Assembly (NCBI RefSeq): GCF_000400465.1
Contig: NW_008806285.1
Location: forward strand, 20,001-268,000
Source: Wallemia ichthyophaga EXF-994
Lineage: Eukaryota; Fungi; Basidiomycota
DNA: 248,000 nucleotides
Direction of reading: 5' to 3'
This document shows, one piece after another, positions 56,062 to 69,200 of the stretch. Under the pieces are notes generated by a model. The model did not search any database, was not told where the DNA came from, and was given only the letters and a program-made list of their open reading frames with translations. A program made the translations under genes and the position numbers. Every line of letters starts with the position of its first letter. Position 1 is the first letter of the stretch.

Positions 56062-56993
56062 TTAAGACTCGAAAGTGAATGCAGCGCCGATCTTGTGAGC
56101 TGAAGGACCAGCCGAAGTGTCGTTGAGGCGTTGGGTGTCGAGAGCGAGACCGAAAGAGGCCTTAACGCCTGGACGGAGAGCTTGAGTGTAGCCGAGGGCG
56201 AGGATACCAGCGTTGTTAATCTTGCTCTTGACAAAGGCAGCGTTGTCGAGGTAAGTCTTAGCGCCGACTTCGAGGTTGACGTTGGAAGGACCAATCTTGG
56301 TGTCGTAGATGGCCTTGGCGCCAGCTTCGACGTCGCGGCTGACTCTGTGGTAGTAAGAAGCGGCGAAGACGTTGAGGTTGTTGAGACCGTGGAGGGTGAC
56401 AGCATACTCAGGGGCCGAGTAACCAACAGCAGCAGCGTATTTGCTGATCTTGCCGTCTTGAACCGAGTAAGAAGTCTCGGCACCAGCGAGTAAACCGTCC
56501 TTGCCGACGACCGAGTCGAGGGTGAAAGTAGGACCCTTGAAAACATCCAAGAAGGCGCGGCCGTGGAGACCTGGTTGCTTGAAAATGGCGCCTGCGAGTG
56601 CAGACTTACCACCGCCTTGAGGAAGGAGAGAAGATTGAATGTCGAGCTTAAGGCCCTTTGCGATGTTGTTCTCTAATTCTAATTGAGATTTGAGGACATT
56701 TGAGGTGGTCCACGCTTGAGTGAAGATGACGCCTTTGGAAGCATCAACGTATTTGCCTTCAATGTCGCCGTTGATGTTTGCAGATTTTGAGTCACGGAGA
56801 CCAGAAACCTTGAAAGAGACATTTGAAGGGGTCTTGGTCTTTACTTCTAATTGAGTGCCGTTGATTGGGAAATCCTTGCTGAGGAGGTCGTTGGCTGATT
56901 TGCCGAGATCCTTGGGGAGTGTGAGTGGGGTAGATAAGTATAAAATATATATAATACCTTCCAGGATGGTGGTACTGCTGCTGGTGCTGACAT
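56062..56993 (-). CDS. POR1: Mitochondrial porin (VDAC)
   Basis: MSAPAAVPPSWK..DLGKSANDLL; LALGYTQALRPGVK; HKIGAAFTFE. Confidence 0.95.
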
Positions 56994-57158
56994 CTTTCTT
57001 GTTTTGTTGGTCGTAGTGTTTGAACCAGCGGAATCGATCAAGGCGTGAGATTATTCATTTAAAATTTGATTATTTAATTGTACAAGGTAAAATATTTTAA
57101 ATATATATTTTAAATATGTATTTTAATTTATCGGCTGCCCAATTCTCGGTCTTCTTGC

Positions 57159-58433
57159 ATGACACGGCAGTACAATCTCGATGAAATAGCATCTTTGGAT
57201 TACCTACTAACTTATTACGTTGTACAGATTTCAGGTAGTGTTGGACACCTCTTCTTACTCCTCCTCACCATCATTTCCCGCTCCATACATCACAACGGGG
57301 TTATTATCAACTTCTACTTGATATTCAGCTTTACGCTGTGGATAGATGCTATTCTATTGTACACCGGTCACCTCACTTCCCAAACCCACCAAATCCCCCC
57401 TTCAATACGCATCATTAACTCCAGTATCAGGTGGGTTAGTCCACTCGGGTGATTTCGGTAATCTCGCTAAACATTTCCACACAGAATGACAGGAATGCTA
57501 GCCAACACCTGCACAACCCTTACTGTCGTCTTTAGGCTTTTCATAAGCGTTAACACCGCTCTCAGTACTCGCCTCGCTAAAATTTTATCCAAGATCTCAG
57601 ACACTATCTTGATTTTAGTTCCTTGGGTGTTGAGTATGCCATTCTTCATCGCTTATTTAGCACGCACTATTCCACACCCAGATTTAGTCATCCGAACGCC
57701 CTATTTCTGTGACTACAATGGTAGTGTGTTGAATAAAGTCGTTACCAACCTCACTCTGGCACTAATGTGTCTGATACTGGTGCTGGCAATACTCACCGCT
57801 ATTCTCCTCATCAAACTCCGTTCAAGTCAGCACGGTTTGGTGTACGTGAAAACATCAATCGACGTTGTCCTCGGTTGTCGCATACTTCTCTTCCTCGTCT
57901 ACTCACTCACTACGGTGGTTGTACTAAGCGGTACGCTTAACGACGCTTGGGGGAGTTTCAGCGATGGCCCCACCCTCGCTTTCGGTTTGACCGGTTTCTG
58001 GGCTTTCCTCTTGTTCTTTATTCAACCAGACACCTTCAACGCTATTATGACTTGCTTCGGGCTTAGAAAGTCGCGGAATAGACAGAGACGCCCCTCCTTC
58101 CTCTCTGTCAGCGCTAGTCGACCACGGGGAACTGAGCGGCATGAATTCGACGGGAATTTAACTTTCAATGGGAGTCTAAATGTTCGGAGTAGTGGGAGTG
58201 ATGAATGTGGGGATGTCAATGGCTGGGTTGATAAACGGCGGCTTGACAATGCTGATTCAAGGTGTTTAGGCGGTGGCAGTAGTAGGTGTAGCTCAAGTAG
58301 CTCGAGTACGACACACACGACACACACGACACATACAACACATACAACTCACACAACTAATACGGATACCTACCCAAATATTTTCACTGAAATACACACT
58401 CACAAAAACACAGACAGCGATACGTCGCATTAA
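57159..58433 (+). CDS. Multi-pass (about 7 TM) membrane protein, GPCR-like topology
   Basis: About seven hydrophobic segments across two exons, Cys after TM4, Ser/Thr-rich tail. Confidence 0.55.
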
Positions 58434-58833
58434 GGTTGACATGTACTTGTACTTCTATATTTACTAACAGCATACATTGTATTAATAGACGCGCTTATAG
58501 ATATTCTAATAGGCTTTGTCCGCTGCTTCTGGGACCAACTAAAACAAGGTCACTTTGGAGAAAAATTCACCTCTCCCACTATAATAGATAAGCTCATTGA
58601 TCCTGCTTTCAATGTTAAATTTAAGAATCACCCGCCCCGGAACCCAACTTAGGCTTTCGAAGAATCAAGCTTACGCTTCTTGGTTTATCTTACGTAACAA
58701 GATGTTTAGAGAGGGATTTGCAGCAATCTCTGTAATTTCATGGCACACACGCCAAATACGACATATGAACAAATATATTCCACGGACTTTTATTCATTTC
58801 TCGCATCCCACGACCCCTAGTTCCCACACAATC

Positions 58834-59426
58834 ATGTCAAATTCTGAATTCTACAATCTCAGCGCAGAGAAACCAAACGGCGAAGAATACAAGTTTGATA
58901 GTTTAAAGGATAAGGTCGTGCTTATTGTGAACACAGCGAGTGAGTTAATGTCACCGGTTATATCACACGGTTCTAAGCGTGGTACACACCAGGCAAATGC
59001 GGCTTCACGCCACAGTACACGGGACTTGAAGAATTGCACAACGCTTACAAAGACAGGGGATTGGTAGTGTGAGTGGTGTGACGTCGTCGTTGTCAATCCC
59101 CGCTAACGACGCACGACGCAAATAGCCTTGGATTCCCTTGCAATCAGTTCGGTGGACAAGAGCCAGGCAGTGACAGCGATATTGACAACTTCTGTAAGAT
59201 CAATCACGGTGTTTCGTTCCAGCTTTTCAAGAAATCAGACGTCAATGGTGATAATACGAATGAGGTTTTCAGATGGCTTAAAGAAAAGAAGCCACAGCTT
59301 ATGATGGGCAGAATCAAGTGGAACTTTGAGAAATTCCTCATCGATAAGCAGGGAAATGTCGTCAATAGATACTCATCCATGTCTAAGCCAAGTGAAATAG
59401 CTAAAGATGTTGAGAAACTCGTCTAA
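58834..59426 (+). CDS. HYR1: Glutathione peroxidase-like peroxiredoxin
   Basis: KVVLIVNTA(S)[31 protein letters not shown]. Confidence 0.92.
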
Positions 59427-59534
59427 CAATTCATTTTATTCAAATACATTTCTTACTTTAAAGTGAAAATTTTTACAAAGTGAATGACGCGATGAATATC
59501 AAATATCTTGGAATACGTCATTCATCATCGCATC

Positions 59535-60488
59535 ATGATCAAAGTACTCGTTACAGGCGCAACAGGTTTGCTAGGCAGAGCAATTATGCACAACCTCCGC
59601 GCGGACAGCTCTGTCCAAGTATTAGGATTGGGTTATAGTAGAGTTGGTGAAGGTGTTATCAAATGCGATATCACAAATCACGACGAGTTGAAGGGTGTCG
59701 TAGAGCATCACTCACCAGATGTAATCATCCACGCCGCTGCTGAAAGGCGTCCAGATGTCGCAGCGAATGATCCTGCAGCGACGGAGCACCTCAACGTGGC
59801 TGTTTCAGCAAACGTGGCTGGTTTAGCGAGGAGTGTAAAGGCAGCACTCATCTATATATCCACTGATTACGTGTAAGTGGGGGTATTTGTCGGTATCCAC
59901 TCAATTGCTCAATTAAAATCACTCAGCTTCGACGGCACTAAACCGCCATATGAGGTCACTGACACACCAAACCCACTCAATCTCTACGGCAAGACTAAGC
60001 TGGCTGGCGAGAAGGCAGTGCATGAGAATAATCAAAGGTCAATCGTCGTCAGAGTCCCTGTTCTTTATGGCAAAGTAGAGAACAACAAGGAGAGCGCTGT
60101 GACGGTACTCATTGATGGCGTTAAAGATAGTTTGAACGCTCCAAAGAAGTTTGAGCATTTGTCGAAGCGTTTCCCAACCCACGTTGAGAATGTTGCTCAA
60201 GCGTTGAATGCCTTGTCAAAATGGGTTGCTAGTGCCGACAATATCACTCCTATTATCCATTACACTTCAACAGAAGGTTATACGAAATATGAAATGGCAT
60301 GTATCTTTGCGGATATACTGGGAATTCCAAGAAATGGATTAATCGCTGATACTCAAGAGCCTCAAGGTGCAGCTGCTGTCAGTCGTCCAAAAGACTGCCA
60401 GCTTTCGAGAAACAAGTTGGACGATCTCAATTTGGACATGAAAGAGGACGTGCACTTTGTGGAGTTTTTCAAATCTCAATTGTTATAG
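59535..60488 (+). CDS. RmlD-like NAD(P)-binding protein / MAT2B-like
   Basis: VTGATGLLG, HAAAERRPD, YISTDYVFDG, YGKTKLAGE, RVPVLYG. Confidence 0.88.
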
Positions 60489-60641
60489 ATTCTCATAAGC
60501 TATTATAAGCTACCATAAACTATTTCGCACGATATATTCCATTTTAGGTTTTTATTATTTTCATTTTAATTCAAATTCCAAAACCCTTTTTAGGTGCGCT
60601 TACGTTCTGTTTCTGAGCCGTCGACACTAAAAATACGCGAT

Positions 60642-61490
60642 ATGAAATTATTGGGAGCAGCAGCAGCAGCAGCAGCAGTGGCACTATTCGCACCAGCATA
60701 CGCGGCAGAAGAGGATATCTACGGTACCTGGTCGTCTGGTTCTGGCGGTGTACAGACAGGTGAAGGATTCTGTACGCCACAAGAGTACAGCTTCAATATC
60801 CCAAACACCACAGGAACGAGCTACTCGTTTACTGAAGATGGCTACTATGAGGAAGCTTCTTACAAGTTCAGATCAAACGCAACTCATCCACAATGCATAC
60901 AAGCAGTCCTCACTTGGCAGCACGGTAGATATGAGTTTTACGATCATGAGGATATGCAAGGTATTAAGACTACTCCTTTCTCTGCAGATGGTCGCGTTCA
61001 AGTTGAGGATCCATGTGCAGCGAGCAGCAACATACTCAGCACAACCAGTTTCAACCACACTTTCGTTAAATACCTCCCATTCGATGATCCCGTTAAGAAT
61101 ATAAAGGCTCTCCAGCTCTACGACTTTGACGGCTCCGAGTTGGCTCCGTTGTACCTCATTAGTCGCCAACCAAACATGCTGCCTACTAGCCCAATCAGCA
61201 CCCAATACTCTAAGAGAAGCAAGAGAAGCACAGATGAGCCAGTAGAGGGTGATGTGGATGCGGATATGCAGAATATACTCGCAACTCCTTCTTTGGAGAG
61301 AAGGAAAGGTGGTGGTGGTAAAGGAGGCGGTGGTGGTAGAGTAAGCAGCGGTGGTGGTAAAGTGAGCAGCGGTGGAGCGGGCCGTGGCGCTAATGTTACC
61401 TCTGGCAATCACTCTTCTGCTGTTTCGAATACCCTCCCTATCTCACTCGCTGCCTTGGTCATTGTCGCGGCAAGCATAGCTATCGTATGA
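60642..61490 (+). CDS. ROT1: ER chaperone Rot1
   Basis: Signal peptide; GTWSSGSGGVQTG, SYSFTEDGYYEEASY, WQHGRY, PFSADGR; C-terminal hydrophobic anchor. Confidence 0.88.
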   Translation: MKLLGAAAAAAAVALFAPAYAAEEDIYGTWSSGSGGVQTGEGFCTPQEYSFNIPNTTGTSYSFTEDGYYEEASYKFRSNATHPQCIQAVLTWQHGRYEFYDHEDMQGIKTTPFSADGRVQVEDPCAASSNILSTTSFNHTFVKYLPFDDPVKNIKALQLYDFDGSELAPLYLISRQPNMLPTSPISTQYSKRSKRSTDEPVEGDVDADMQNILATPSLERRKGGGGKGGGGGRVSSGGGKVSSGGAGRGANVTSGNHSSAVSNTLPISLAALVIVAASIAIV

Positions 61491-61754
61491 TAAGTCATGT
61501 GCGAGCGTTGTGCGTTGTGTGTCTTACTCAAACACCCAACCTTACCTAAAACATTGTAATATTTTCATTTATTCATCCTGGACATTATCACCTGGTTCGC
61601 CTGAAACAGTCGCCACTAAGAAAACAAAATAAGTAGAAGCGCTAGCAGCAGCGGCAGCAGCAGCAGCACGCTGAAAACAGCACCTTCAGTCAACATATAT
61701 ACGTCCTCATCTAGCGCTTTCGATCCGTTCACTGCATACGCTCCTGATATACAA

Positions 61755-62343
61755 ATGAGCGTACACGCCACGCCGATGCTGAGCGATACGATCGATACGA
61801 TGCGAGTGGATATACTGCAGAACAACGAAGAAATAGCAGTGCTGCACTTGTCTATCACGCGCTTACCTCTATCGTGTAGTAAACGTGATGACCTCGTGGA
61901 GCAGGAGCTGGACATCCTCCCAAGCGATGCCAACATTCGCCTGTCTAACAAGAGTCCACTAGAGCTCGCATGTGGGAAAATGCCCCCCGTCAGTTACGTC
62001 GGGGGCAGGGTGAGTGGGAGTTAAGTGTGAAATTTTTCTGTCTCATCACATCAAACAGATCAGATCACAAGGCGCGCTGCACCCGTATGCAGTGTTTGAG
62101 AGCAGGCGCGGTAGTTTGTTTAGAGGACAACTTGCAGGTAATCGCGTTAAGCATCAGATATCCATCCTCGACGATAGTAGGGTTTCCCCGATTACCTCAT
62201 TCGTTCTTATCATCGCTAACCAGGCTAAACACTGCTGCGTGTGGAGCAGGAATCTTGATGGTCTGGCTAAGCGGTACGATCTCACTCAATATCATAAGTC
62301 TCAGGGTATGATCTTCAACCCTGCCGGAGCAGCTGGTGGATGA
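61755..62343 (+). CDS. Hypothetical protein, paralogue A of a convergent pair
   Basis: Two exons; C-terminus VWSRNLDGLAKRYDLTQYHKSQGM matches the neighbour on the opposite strand. Confidence 0.6.
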
Positions 62344-62498
62344 TCATGGCTGCGGCTAGTCGATTGTCGCTAGTCACACAACACATATCACTGCAATGCA
62401 AATGCAACGTAACGTTACCTATACTCTAGCTTTTCATGTAACCTTAATGCTCTTAGAAACTATCTGCTGCACGTCAGTTTGACATCACGCTAAACCCC

Positions 62499-63119
62499 TC
62501 ACCTACTTGGTGCCTGCTCATTCACCACCATCCCCAGCCGCTTGTCGTACTGCATGAGATCGTGCCGCTCGGCCAGCCCGTCGAGGCGCTTGCACCAGAC
62601 GACGCGGGTGAAAATACGCGCGGCAACGAGCAGAATAAAAGCAGGGAGAACGTAGCATTGCTGCGATGTCTGCAAGTAGGTGTGCAAGTGCAATCCCAGC
62701 CTAGTTCTGCGTTCGCAGTACAGTGCAACTACGTTATGATCAGGTGTGCGTATCTCGTTTCCAATGCAATGTAGTTTCACTTTTTCGTCTCCGATTCCGT
62801 CTGGCTGCAGCTGCAGCGACAACACCTCCCCACTGCCATTGCCTTGGCCACATACAGCACCCACGGCGACAGAGTACGAGTGCACAGTCTGTCTGAGTAG
62901 GTGCTGCCGCATGTACAGCTCTCCTTCCTCAGTGATAGTGTGGGCTATTGTCGCCACTATTCTTCCATTCTGCTTTATACGCACCACAAACTCCTCTTGG
63001 TCGTATTCACAGTGTATGTTGCACTCAGGTATCGCAGCATTCGCCGCGTCTAGCCCATCGCCTCGCCTCCATCGACTGCTCCCATTGTTGCACTGGGACA
63101 CTATCGCAAACGACGTCAT
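62499..63119 (-). CDS. Hypothetical protein, paralogue B of a convergent pair
   Basis: Intronless 206 aa; VWCKRLDGLAERHDLMQYDKRLGM. Confidence 0.65.
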   Translation of the reverse strand: MTSFAIVSQCNNGSSRWRRGDGLDAANAAIPECNIHCEYDQEEFVVRIKQNGRIVATIAHTITEEGELYMRQHLLRQTVHSYSVAVGAVCGQGNGSGEVLSLQLQPDGIGDEKVKLHCIGNEIRTPDHNVVALYCERRTRLGLHLHTYLQTSQQCYVLPAFILLVAARIFTRVVWCKRLDGLAERHDLMQYDKRLGMVVNEQAPSR

Positions 63120-63173
63120 GGAGGATGAATAAGTTAATTTAAGCGTTTTATCAATTTAGTCGCTTTAGTCACT

Positions 63174-64181
63174 CTAGTCTACAGTCACGACAATCTTGCC
63201 CGTGTTCTCGTTAGCCGCCATGCAGTCATGCGCCAGTGCGATCTGTTTCCAGCTGAACACGCTGTGTATTCTCAACTCGAGGTCCTTGCCGACTTTGTCG
63301 AGAGCTGCCTTTCTGAAGTCGTTAAGGAGGTCTCCCTGATACTCTGCGCTCCTAGATCTGAGCGTGCTGCCCTGTATGCAGAGTCTCTTGAAGATAATAG
63401 GTCCTACATTAACCTCGCTGGCGACCATACCAGACATAACGCCAAGGAGGACGATGCGTGCATCTTTACCGGCAGCGTTAATGTTGGCGTTCAAGTAAGA
63501 CTGACCGACCATATCGACGATGACGTCGACGCCTTTGTTATCAGTGTGAGCCAGCACCTCTTTATCGAAGCTCTGCGTGCGGTAGTTGATGCCATGTGTA
63601 GCGCCCATTGGGAGACCTTTGACAGCGTCTATCTTAGCGTCTGATCCAGCCGTAGCGAAGACACGCCTAGCGCCGTAATGTCTGGCCAGCTGAATAGCAG
63701 CCATGCCCACACCGCTCGCGCCGGCATGTATGAGCACATCGTCGCCCGCCTTGATACGTCCTATGGTCGACAGAGCCTGGTGCGCAGTGAGGTAATTCTC
63801 GCAGATAGCCGCACACTGGACGTGCGTGAGGTGGGTTGGTTTGCGCAGGATCATGTGCGCGTCGACGGCTATATACTCGGCATATGCCCCGCCATAAGCT
63901 AAGCCAAACACCTCGTCGTCGATTTTCCACTCAGCACTCTGGTTCGCGTCGACTACTACGCCCGAGAACTCCACACCGAGCGTCTTGGGCGCCTGCGGCG
64001 GCAGCGGATACATACCCTTTGCTTGGAGCAGATCCATGCGGTTCACGCCGAACGCAACGACTTTGACAAGCACCTGTGTCGCGCTGAGAGCGGGTTGCGG
64101 CGTGACCTGGATCTTGAGATCAGAGCTGCTGTTCGCAACGTCGTTCGGCGTGTCTATCACAACTGATTTCATAGTGGCCAT
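63174..64181 (-). CDS. NAD(P)H quinone oxidoreductase, PIG3-like (MDR family)
   Basis: AFGVNRMDL, LGVEFSG, LIHAGASGVG, GSTLRSR, NTGKIV. Confidence 0.92.
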   Translation of the reverse strand: MATMKSVVIDTPNDVANSSSDLKIQVTPQPALSATQVLVKVVAFGVNRMDLLQAKGMYPLPPQAPKTLGVEFSGVVVDANQSAEWKIDDEVFGLAYGGAYAEYIAVDAHMILRKPTHLTHVQCAAICENYLTAHQALSTIGRIKAGDDVLIHAGASGVGMAAIQLARHYGARRVFATAGSDAKIDAVKGLPMGATHGINYRTQSFDKEVLAHTDNKGVDVIVDMVGQSYLNANINAAGKDARIVLLGVMSGMVASEVNVGPIIFKRLCIQGSTLRSRSAEYQGDLLNDFRKAALDKVGKDLELRIHSVFSWKQIALAHDCMAANENTGKIVVTVD

Positions 64182-64634
64182 GGTGGTTGTGTGATGTGTG
64201 GTGTGCAGGGTGAAGTTCTTCCCTGTTTAGTAAGCATTCTTCTCGAAATATCTGCTTCTTCGGAATATCTGCTCCGCTGAGTAAGCACCGGCAGCGGTGC
64301 ACGTCTGCGCAACAGCACGCATTGCATTGCCATTTCATCACTCCTCCTTATCCGCTTATCGCACCTGCCGAGCGGAATTGGCTATGATGCATATGACGTA
64401 TGTGATGTTGGACGAATCTTCGCCGCGTGACCACCCAGCAAAGACGCGCAACTCCCACAACGCCGCGGAGATGGGACTCGTACCGCCGCTGAAACTTATC
64501 AGTGATGAATTTTGGAGTACCGTAGGAGTATCCCACTCGAAGGTGTAATTGATCGATGACGCAATATTACTCCATGTCTAGCGTATAAAAGGTGGAATAT
64601 ATTAAAGTCTATTTCATACACTCAAAAACTCAAC

Positions 64635-64978
64635 ATGTCATCCGACCCAAGCAAGACCAACGCACAATGGAACTCAACCGTCGGCACTGCCAAGGAATCC
64701 TTGGGCAACGCCGTTGGTTCTGAAGACTACTCCAAGGCCGGTAAAGAGCAACATGCCAAAGGTGAAGCCGAGAGAAAGGAGGCTGAAGCCAAGCAATACG
64801 GCGAAGGCATGGTCGACTCAGCTGCAGGCAAGATGAAGGTGTGTTGGTGTTTCATGCTTTTCGATACCTGCTAACAAATGCTCAGAACGTCGGTGGCGCT
64901 GTCACTGGTGACAAGGAGAAGCAGGCTGAAGGTGCTGCTCGTGAAGAAAAGGGCGAAACCAAGAGAGACTTCGCTTAA
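64635..64978 (+). CDS. Small hydrophilic CsbD/LEA-like protein, copy 1
   Basis: MSSDPSKTNAQWNSTVGTAKESLGNAVGS; one intron; G..KE..G repeats. Confidence 0.75.
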
Positions 64979-65679
64979 ATTTCCGTGTAGCTCTCCATAC
65001 CTATTAGTTATGTAATGAACGCACTGAAAACGCTAATATACGCACATAATGATAACTACAATACTTTGTGATGACTGTTCTTGCTCCTGATTTATATCAC
65101 ACGGGCTAATGAATCCAGCTGTGTCGCGGTGTTAACGCTACAGAAAGTGTCGCTTAAATTATTAGATGCGGATGCTTGATTAATGTTATAGTAGAATACT
65201 CCCAAGTACTCAAAGGTTAGAGCGACTTGTACGATCGACGCTATCTGCGCATCGACTGATGCAGAGGAAATCGAAATGAATAATTAGAGGCGTTGTAATG
65301 TATTGATCGCCGTAGAAGTTACCTCAAGCATGTTTGTGTCTTTGCCATGTCGTCTTCGATTTCCAAGACACAGAAAAGTAACTAGAATGTACTACAAGCT
65401 GCATCAAGTCAAAAAGGATTTTAAACAGAGCAAAGCCTTTAATGCCACAGATCAATCCATCTCGTTGAATAGCATCTCAACAAAGTTGGCCACTTTGCAC
65501 GTGATAATTTTCATTACATCAATATAAAAGCCCGCTTTTCTTTCTCTCGAACAACAACCTCCATAGTAAGTTTGTAATTGATGGAATTGGTGGTGATTAA
65601 ACATTATAATACATGATTGATCTACACCACCAATTCGTGCAGCTACGCCACTCATCCGATACTTACTTGACACGCAGAC

Positions 65680-66031
65680 ATGTCATCAGAACCAAGCAAA
65701 ATGAACGCAAACTACGACTCAACGATGGGTTCTGTTAAGGAACAAGCGGGTGAGTGGGGGACTGTTGCGTTAGCACACAAAAGGACATACTCACACCACT
65801 CCAGGCAACCTCCTCGGTAACGAATCGCTCAAACACAGCGGCACCCAACAACATGCCTCCGGCGAAGCCGAGAAAAAGGCTGCAACTGCCAAGCAGTATG
65901 GAGAGGGTGCCGTCGACAATGTTGCTGGCAAGGCACAGAACATCGGCGGTGCCGTCACTGGTGACAAGAGCAAGCAGGCTGAAGGTGCAGCTCGCGAGAA
66001 CAAGGGTGATACGAAAAGAGAGTTTGCGTAG
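65680..66031 (+). CDS. Small hydrophilic CsbD/LEA-like protein, copy 2
   Basis: MSSEPSKMNANYDSTMGSVKEQAG; clear paralogue of copy 1 (GAVTGDK.KQAEGAARE.KG.TK..FA*). Confidence 0.75.
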
Positions 66032-66231
66032 ATTGCTTCTAATTGCTTTGATGCATTAACGCATCCACGCATTCACGCTTTGTACTTACGCTTGTAACGA
66101 CTTCTTCACCTATGTTTTACTGATTTACTTTATATTTCACTCGACTGCTGTTATTGAGATTTACGGCTTGTGTGTATTAGTACATGGAACGAGACTTGGA
66201 AAGAGAAGATAAAACATCTAGAGCAAATCCT

Positions 66232-69200
66232 CTAAAGCACGCTGGCAACTTCATCCTCTGAGTCGTCAGCCGCGGGTTCATCGTCATTGCTGTCGCTAAA
66301 GTCGATAGCTTTACTCTGACTCCTAGATCTGGCAGGCTGGTTGCGAGTGCGTTTTGACGGCGAAGGAGCGTCAACTTTCTTGTGCCCACCTTTATCTCTA
66401 GGTTTAGGTTTATATTTAGGTTTAGCAATAGGACTGCCTTTACCCGCGCTCGCCGTATCGTCGCTATCGCTGGCCCTGCTATCCTCCTCACTGATGATGC
66501 CTGGCTCGCTCTCGTCGCTACTGCTATAAGATTTCTTCGTGCTTTTCGAGCGACCTTTAACGCTTTGCGATAAGCTATGCTGGCTACCTTTGCGTTTAGG
66601 TTGTTGTTTCTCCGTCTTCCTGTAACCGGGTGTATACCTATCACCGTATTTAGAGGCAGCGCGCGGGGTGGGAGCCGTTTTAGTGCGGGGTGCCTTCTTC
66701 ACCGGTGTTGCGTCCTCGACCTGGAAGATGCCCGCTTGTTTATACACGTCATTGAGGCTCTCCCGATACTCGTGGTACTCAACGTCGGAGGTATCGATAT
66801 CTCCCAGGGCCTTGAACTGCTTGTGAAGGGTGGTCAGGAAGCGAGCTAGGGCATTACGCGACAATGCATCAGCCAGTGGACGCTGCTCCTGCACTGTCTC
66901 GGCCAGCTTACACGTAAGCCAGATATCCTTCAAGGGTGTATGTCCAGGTATGTACAGTTTCATAAGGAATTGCACTAGGGCCTTCCGGTCCTCTTTCACC
67001 TCCACTTCGAATAGCTCCTTGAGAGTGTCGAACGCGAGCCTCTGCTGGAGGAGGGAGTGGGGGTGTGCATTTGTAGCTGATTCAGGTGAGTTGGCTTCAC
67101 CCGTTATCCCAACAAGGTGGCGCGGATCCGTCCATTCCGACAAGAGCGTCGCTACTTGCGCCACAGTCACCACCGCTTGCTCGTCACTATCACGATCCCA
67201 GTGGTCGCCTATGGCGATAAGCGCTATCTCGGCGAGCCTTGTCTGGTTGTGTGCTGAGCTGTAGGCGTAGACGGGGAAGAAGTACGACAGACACTGCCGC
67301 AGAGCTTGGTTGTCACCGACTTCCGGACTGAAGTATACATACAGCAGTCCGCGCAACAGCTGAAAGGAGGGCGTTAGTGAGGATGGTCACACTTCAACTC
67401 CATGTCAAACTCACACTCGCATCCGTTATCATGCCCGACAGCATCAGTTTCGACACACCCTCGCAAGAAACGGCCTGATATTCGGCGGTGTGACCGTCGA
67501 GGGTGCGCAGAAGGAAGTGGTTGATGTACTCGAGCTGGGTTTTGTTAGAGGGGGTGGCTTATCTGCACGCACTGTTTTCCACTCACACCAAGACCGCCCT
67601 TGTCCGCAAAGAGGGACACGTCGTGCGTCATGAGCAGGTCGATGACGACCTTGAGCGAATGCATATTGAGTGGCTCGGGTGCGGTTTCAGCCTGGTTCAT
67701 GAACATCTGGAAGCTGCCAATAGCGAGTGTGTCAGCTAGTAGGCAGACAAGCCCGAGTGCGTGCAGGCCGCGCTCGCGGATAGCCGCGTCTTTCGACTTG
67801 ACCGAGGGGATAACGAGATCGGGAAGTATACCGCCCAGAGCGCTATTTTCGATAAGGGAGCTGTTGACGCGCTCGAGCATGCCTATCACTACTGCCAAAC
67901 TACGCAGGTCGAGTTCACCGTTATGTGCAAGTTCCGCGTCATTAAGAATGCGCGCAGTGGCAGGACGCGGTTTAGCGGGCGTTGCTATTGTCGAAGCCCC
68001 ATCGCCCACCTCGTCCTCCTCGTCTTCCTCTGCAATGCGCAAGTCACGCAGCTCCGAGATGAGTTCGACAGAGAGAAGTAGAAAATCGCGCTCTGATGCG
68101 GACAGCTTAGCGAGGATGTCGAGCGCAATAGGGACCAGCTGCTCGGGGAGGGTGGGTGAGCTGAGGAGGGCGCGTACGAGCGTAAACACCTTCCGCCGAC
68201 CCATCTCGTCTGCATAGTCGAGGTTGATGGCTAGTTTGAGTAGCTCACCTAGCACAAAATTCGCATTTACTAGCCGATCTGTGTGCTCGTCGCTGTCGTC
68301 GTCGGGCTGCGCTAGCGCTACGACCGCGTTGTACGCACTTTGCATGTGGAACGCCATAGCTGTCACTACGGGAAGCATCTCTAGCTTCGCATAGTCCTCA
68401 TACGCTACACAGTGGTCTACGTAGACGCGCGCTAGGAGCGCGTGCTCTGGCGTTAGCGCACTCCACGCACCCTCGTCTAGCTGCACCGCGTGGAATATGT
68501 CAGGCCGGTGTGTGAAGAGAGCGAGCAGTGCATCTTCTGCAACGCGTGAGTCTATTACGTCGAAATATTCTAGAAACTGAGTAGAAAGTTTATTGTTAGC
68601 TGGGAGTGACTCTGCTTATGCACACCACACGACCCACCAGCTGGAGATTGTTGTCGGCTCTGTCTACCCACGTCGATAACAGACCGGCACAGGCCTTTTG
68701 GACGATTGGATCACGGTCTCCGAGGCCAGCGCGAATGAGGTTTTCGCGCGGGCTCAGGCGGATACTGCGGACATCTTTCAAAGCATCACTAAGCTGGGAG
68801 CCTTCGAAAACAGACTTGCGGGTGACAGGATCGATGTCTCTGGCGCGTGTGAGGAGGGCGGGGATTGTGAGGGGAGTGGGGAAAACGTTTATGAGAGCGA
68901 CTCTTCTTACGGCGACAGTTGGATCAGATGTGATTGCAGAATTGAGAGATTTGGCTATAGCACCACTGTCATCGTCTGAAGCTTGTAGTTTGCACAGAGC
69001 AAGAGTGGCTTGTTGGCGGATGTTTGTCTCCTTATCGTTCATCCTCTCGAGAAGAGAATCCAAGAGAGAATCGAACAAGTCTTCATCCATAGCGCCTAGT
69101 AGGCTTATAATCAGGTTGGAGATCTGCACACAGCGAAATCTGACGTATTTGTCTTTGGCAGAGAAGCCTTTTAAGAGATGGCGCAGGATGTCGGAAGAGA

